In this document: in pieces, positions 57,130 to 64,000 of the stretch
Layout of the letters: each line of letters begins with the position of its first letter
How positions within the stretch are numbered: the first letter of the stretch is position 1
NCBI GenBank assembly: GCA_965232515.1
Contig: CBDDPY010000002.1
Span: 2,880,001 to 2,944,000 of the forward strand
Direction of reading: 5' to 3'
From: Alphaproteobacteria bacterium
GTDB lineage: Bacteria > Pseudomonadota > Alphaproteobacteria > GCA-2731375
Length of the DNA stretch: 64,000 nt
Notes under the pieces: model-generated
What the model saw: the letters and a program-made list of their open reading frames with translations, nothing else
Databases searched by the model: none
What the model was told of the DNA's origin: nothing
Translations under genes and position numbers: made by a program

Positions 57130-57205
57130 TGGCTGGGGCGGCAGGATTCGAACCTGCGAATGCCGGTACCAAAAACCGGTGCCTTAACCACTTGGCCACG
57201 CCCCA
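57130..57205 (-). tRNA. tRNA-Gln (TTG)
   Basis: Minus strand TGGGGCGTGGCCAAGTGGTTAAGGCACCGGTTTTTGGTACCGGCATTCGCAGGTTCGAATCCTGCCGCCCCAGCCA; anticodon TTG, T-loop GGTTCGAATCC, encoded CCA. Confidence 0.97.
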
Positions 57206-57251
57206 TTCCGACGGCTGCGCCGAACCGCCCGGCCGTTGCGATACCGCAGAA

Positions 57252-58289
57252 TTAGCTCAGGCTCAATCGGCTTTCCGACGGCTGTCTGACCTTCAAAACC
57301 AGGATGCCGCCATAGCACGCCAAGCTAAATAGCGCCCAGTAGAGCGTAGTTCCAGGATTCATTGTCGCGGCGAAGCTCGGCAGACCGACCAGACCGAGAT
57401 AGACCGTCAAACCCCAACGCCACGGCATGTTGGCGTAGAGCAGGTGATGCAGATGGTCGCGGTCCGGCGCGAACGGCGATTTGCCGCGGGCGATGCGGGT
57501 CACCATCAGGCGGACGCAGTCGACCACCGGAATCAGGAACCACAGCGCCACCAGATCGGCGGGCACGATGACGAATTCGACGGCGTAGACATAGATCGCC
57601 AGCAGTCCGACCATCATGCTGATCGAGTAAGCCCCCGCATCGCCCAGAAACAGCCGCCCATGGATATTGAAAACGAAGACAACAGCCAGTCCGCCGATCA
57701 TCGCCGCCAGCAGCGGCCCGAGATGCGCCGGCCCGACGATCATCAGCAGCGTCGACCAGATCAGGCTCAGGCCGATCACCAGGCCGTTCTTGCCGTCCGC
57801 CATATTGACCGCGTTTTGCAGCCCGACCAGGCACATCAGCGTAAACAGCATGCCCCAGCCGCTCAGAAAGACCGCGTCGTCAAGAAAAGTGAAATTGAAG
57901 AAAGTCAGTTCGAACGTCGGCACCAGCAGCAGCACCGCAACGCAGACGCCGATTGAGATCAGCAGCCGGACCGACGGTCGTACGTGCTGGCGGTCGTCGA
58001 CAAAACCCAACACGGTGCAGACCATGCCGGCGGCGAACAGCGCCAGATAGAACGAGGTAAAATTGGTCACCACGGCGAAAATCGGCGCCGCCGCCAGCAG
58101 CGGCAGCATCACCGCCAGACCGCCGACCAACGGCGTCGCGCGCGGGTGGATCTTGCGCCGGCCATCGGGCTTGTCGACGACGTTCAGAACCCGGCCGAGA
58201 TCGTCGGCGAAGATGCACACCGTGCCGCTGATCAGCGCCGCCGCAAGGGTCGTAAACAGGCAGACGATGATGCCGGTCGTGCCGTCCAC
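57252..58289 (-). CDS. MraY/WecA family polyprenyl-phosphate sugar-1-phosphate transferase
   Basis: DKPDGRRKIH..TPLVGG, GFVDD, NAVNMADGKNG, FLGDAG, DRDHLHH. Confidence 0.9.
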   Translation of the reverse strand: MDGTTGIIVCLFTTLAAALISGTVCIFADDLGRVLNVVDKPDGRRKIHPRATPLVGGLAVMLPLLAAAPIFAVVTNFTSFYLALFAAGMVCTVLGFVDDRQHVRPSVRLLISIGVCVAVLLLVPTFELTFFNFTFLDDAVFLSGWGMLFTLMCLVGLQNAVNMADGKNGLVIGLSLIWSTLLMIVGPAHLGPLLAAMIGGLAVVFVFNIHGRLFLGDAGAYSISMMVGLLAIYVYAVEFVIVPADLVALWFLIPVVDCVRLMVTRIARGKSPFAPDRDHLHHLLYANMPWRWGLTVYLGLVGLPSFAATMNPGTTLYWALFSLACYGGILVLKVRQPSESRLSLS

Positions 58290-58575
58290 CCTGTCTACCT
58301 TCCGCCGGCCTTGGTGTGATTACGCATCTATCACGATCTGACTTGCGTCATCCGCGGACCGACAGACTGAGCGGCCGTTGGCGGCAAGGTCGAACTCCCC
58401 TCTGATGTCCGGCGTTGCTGATCGTCGCTGGTTCGTGCTTTGCATCAGTTATCAAGCAAGGTAAACGCGCCGTCAACAACAGAACGGGCCTTTACGGCGG
58501 CTTTCCGGCGGCGGGCCCTCTTGAACGCGCCGCCGAATACCGCTAACACCGGCTGGCACATCGAAGGCGACGTCC

Positions 58576-59586
58576 ATGGCGAAAGCCGAATCAAGCCTGC
58601 CGCCGGCCGAAACCGGCCAGGCGACCGACGATATCGATGCCGGCAAGCGGGTTCTGCGCGCCGAAGCGGCCGGCATCGCGGCGGCGGCGGATCTTCTCGA
58701 CGCACGTTTCGCGCAAGCGGTGGAGATGCTGTCCGCCGTGGCCGGCCGGGTCGTGGTCAGCGGCATGGGCAAGAACGGTCACATCGCCGGCAAACTTGCC
58801 GCGACGCTGTCGTCGACGGGCACGCCGGCGTTTTACGTGCATCCCGCCGAGGCGAGCCATGGCGATCTCGGCATGATCAAGACCGACGACGCCGTGCTGC
58901 TGATGTCGAACTCCGGCGAAACGCCCGAGCTCGCCGATCTGATCGCCTATACACGGCGATTCGGCATTCCGCTGGTGGCGATCGTCGGACGCGCCGACAG
59001 CACGCTCGCCGAACAGTCCGATGTCGCCATTCTGCTGCCGCCCATGGAAGAGGCCTGTCCCATGGGCCTGGCGCCGACGACCACGACCACCGTCTCGCTG
59101 GCGATCGGCGATGCGCTGGCGGTGGCGTTGCTGGAACGCAAGGGCTTCACCGCCGATCAGTTCCACGTCTTTCATCCCGGCGGCAAGCTCGGCAAGTCCC
59201 TGGTGCGGGTGTCGGAAATCATGCGCGCCGCCAATGCGGTGCCGACCGTCAACATCGCGGCGTCGATGCCGGACGCGGTCAAGGCCATGACCGGCGGATC
59301 GCTCGGCTGCGTCGGCGTGGTGGACGACGCGGGCGGGCTGGTCGGCGTGGTCACCGACGGCGATCTGCGGCGGCACCTCAGCGACGACCTTCTGAACCGG
59401 TCCATCGCGGACATCATGACCCCCAATCCGCAGGTGATCGACGCCCAGGCGATGGCGGCCGAGGCGCTGGCCCGAATGAACCAGGGCAAGCGCCCGTTTA
59501 CCGTGCTGTTCGTGACCAGAGACGGCGGCCGTCAGCCGGCCGGCATCCTGCACATGCACGATCTGCTGCGGGCCGGAATCTACTAG
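58576..59586 (+). CDS. kdsD: Arabinose-5-phosphate isomerase (KpsF/GutQ) with CBS pair
   Basis: GMGKNGHI, HPAEASHGDLG, SNSGET, LAPTTTT, HPGGKLG, TDGDLRR. Confidence 0.92.
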   Translation: MAKAESSLPPAETGQATDDIDAGKRVLRAEAAGIAAAADLLDARFAQAVEMLSAVAGRVVVSGMGKNGHIAGKLAATLSSTGTPAFYVHPAEASHGDLGMIKTDDAVLLMSNSGETPELADLIAYTRRFGIPLVAIVGRADSTLAEQSDVAILLPPMEEACPMGLAPTTTTTVSLAIGDALAVALLERKGFTADQFHVFHPGGKLGKSLVRVSEIMRAANAVPTVNIAASMPDAVKAMTGGSLGCVGVVDDAGGLVGVVTDGDLRRHLSDDLLNRSIADIMTPNPQVIDAQAMAAEALARMNQGKRPFTVLFVTRDGGRQPAGILHMHDLLRAGIY

Positions 59587-59681
59587 TCTGCCCGGGTGGC
59601 CTTGTGACCATTTTTGAGCCGGATCTTAACGCTTTTGTCCCATTGACAAGAGCGGATGCTTGGGCCATTTCTGCGGCTTAT

Positions 59682-59693
59682 TGCACTGCAGCA
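59682..59693. promoter_or_regulatory. PhaR/AniA-like binding motif upstream of cysD
   Basis: TGCACTGCAGCA fits TGCRnYGCASMA; downstream of TTGACA at 59643. Confidence 0.4.
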
Positions 59694-59782
59694 ATCGCCT
59701 GCGCATCGCACCCGATCAAGACTTGACATAATCCCGCAGGCAACACGCCCGCCATCGATCAACAGCCATACTGCCGGTCATC

Positions 59783-60577
59783 ATGGATCATCTCGACGCG
59801 TTGGAAAATCAAAGCATCTACGTCATTCGTGAGGCCTTCGACCGCATCGACAAGCTGGCCATGCTGTGGTCGCTGGGCAAGGACTCGAACGTCATGATCT
59901 GGCTGGTGCGCAAGGCGTTTTTCGGCCATGTGCCGTTCCCGTGCCTGCATATCGATACCGGCAAGAAGTTCCCGGAAATGTACGAATTCCGAGCGAAGTA
60001 TTCGAAAGAGTGGAACCTTAACCTGCTGTTGGGCGACTGCCCGCCGGTCGAGGAGATGGATGCGAGCCTGCCGCCGGCGACGCGTTCGGCCGCCCGCAAG
60101 ACCGCCGGTCTGAAGGCCATGGTCGAACGCGAGGGATTCCAGGGCCTGTTCGCGGGCATCCGCCGCGACGAGGAAGGCCTGCGGGCGAAGGAGCGCTACT
60201 TCAGCCCGCGCGGCGAGACCGGTCAGTGGGACTTCCGCGACCAGCCGCCCGAGTTCTGGGACCAGTTCAACACCGACTTCCCCCAGGGCACGCATCTGCG
60301 CATCCATCCGTTGCTGCACTGGACCGAGGTGGACATCTGGCGCTACACCGAGCGTGAGAAGATCCCAACCATACCGCTCTACTTCGCCAACAACGGCAAA
60401 CGCTACCGCTCGCTCGGCGACAAGGACATTACCTTCCCGGTCGACAGCGACGCCGCCACGGTCGCCGAGATCATTGCCGAGTTGGAGACGACGAAGGTCG
60501 CCGAACGGGCCGGACGGGCCATGGATCACGAGTCGGAAGATTCTTTCGAGCGCCTGCGCGCCGACGGTTATATGTAA
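59783..60577 (+). CDS. cysD: Sulfate adenylyltransferase subunit 2 (NodP-like)
   Basis: [39 protein letters not shown]. Confidence 0.93.
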   Translation: MDHLDALENQSIYVIREAFDRIDKLAMLWSLGKDSNVMIWLVRKAFFGHVPFPCLHIDTGKKFPEMYEFRAKYSKEWNLNLLLGDCPPVEEMDASLPPATRSAARKTAGLKAMVEREGFQGLFAGIRRDEEGLRAKERYFSPRGETGQWDFRDQPPEFWDQFNTDFPQGTHLRIHPLLHWTEVDIWRYTEREKIPTIPLYFANNGKRYRSLGDKDITFPVDSDAATVAEIIAELETTKVAERAGRAMDHESEDSFERLRADGYM

Positions 60578-60591
60578 GGGATGTGGCCAAG

Positions 60592-62478
<1,887 letters not shown>

Positions 62479-62485
62479 CGATCGC

Positions 62486-63064
62486 CTAAACCAACCCCAG
62501 CTCGATTTCGAGGGCGCCGCAGAGCATCTGGCCGAGCGTGATGTGCATTTCCTGAATGCGCGCCGTCGTGGCCGACGGCACCAGCAGCAGGGGGTTGGCG
62601 ACACCCGGCAGATCGCCGCCATCGCCGCCGCTCAAGGCCGCGGGCACAATGCCCATGTCAGCCGCCTGACGCAGGGCGCGGATCACGTTCGGGCTGCGGC
62701 CCGACGTGCTGATGCCGATGGCGACGTCTCCCTTTTTGCCGATAGCCTCGATCTGGCGCGCGAAGAGCTGTTCGAAACCGAGATCGTTGCCGATCGCCGT
62801 CAGCGCCGAACTGTCGGTAGTGAGCGCGACGGCGGCGATGGCGGCGCGGTCGCGCTTATAGCGCACGGTCAATTCGGTCGCCAGATGCTGGGCATCGGCG
62901 GCGCTGCCGCCGTTGCCGAAAATCAGCAGCTTGTTGCCGGCACGCACCGCCGTCACGCAGTGTTCGAGCAACCGACCGAAGGGCTCGGCGACGGCCGCGC
63001 GCGTCGCGCGTGTTACGGCCTCGTGCTCGTCGAATTCCGCATCGAAAAAGGCTTGAAGATCCAT
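62486..63064 (-). CDS. gmhA: D-sedoheptulose-7-phosphate isomerase
   Basis: GNGGSAADAQH, TAIGND, ISTSGRS, TARIQEMH. Confidence 0.93.
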   Translation of the reverse strand: MDLQAFFDAEFDEHEAVTRATRAAVAEPFGRLLEHCVTAVRAGNKLLIFGNGGSAADAQHLATELTVRYKRDRAAIAAVALTTDSSALTAIGNDLGFEQLFARQIEAIGKKGDVAIGISTSGRSPNVIRALRQAADMGIVPAALSGGDGGDLPGVANPLLLVPSATTARIQEMHITLGQMLCGALEIELGLV

Positions 63065-63081
63065 CGCGTCGCCCCGCCCGG

Positions 63082-64000
<919 letters not shown>

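Noticed and set aside
57121-57205. tRNA-Gln as a genomic island attachment site
   Set aside because: No integrase and no duplicate of the tRNA 3' end seen in the window; cannot be excluded beyond it

Overview
High-GC chromosomal segment, most likely from an alphaproteobacterium (judged from gene content and repeat/sRNA types, not from a marker gene). About 70 genes, mostly catabolic or accessory. In order: an arsenic operon (arsR-arsI-flavin monooxygenase-arsC-aquaglyceroporin); two ureide/amide catabolic clusters, each with a GatC/AtzG-like small protein coupled to an amidase; two cytochrome P460-family proteins (one fused to a class I cytochrome c); scattered aromatic/acyl-CoA enzymes (abmA-like, pcaD, enoyl-CoA hydratases); a PEP-CTERM protein; pyrF; a sigma54-type suhB/MmgR-like sRNA candidate divergent from an orphan ferritin-like di-iron enzyme; a SorT/SorU-like sulfite dehydrogenase; an IS30 element inserted in a REP palindrome; tRNA-Gln(TTG); and the start of a surface-glycan locus (wecA-like, kdsD, cysD, cysNC, gmhA, sqdB). 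No CRISPR array, rRNA or prophage was seen. The best leads for new biology are the orphan di-iron enzyme with a possible distant reductase, the REP-targeting IS30 whose transposase stop codon lies in the target, the duplicated small-protein/amidase module, and the sulfo-glycan locus. All calls come from motif recognition by eye; no searches were run. Start codons were often moved from the ORF track using RBS position and family N-termini.
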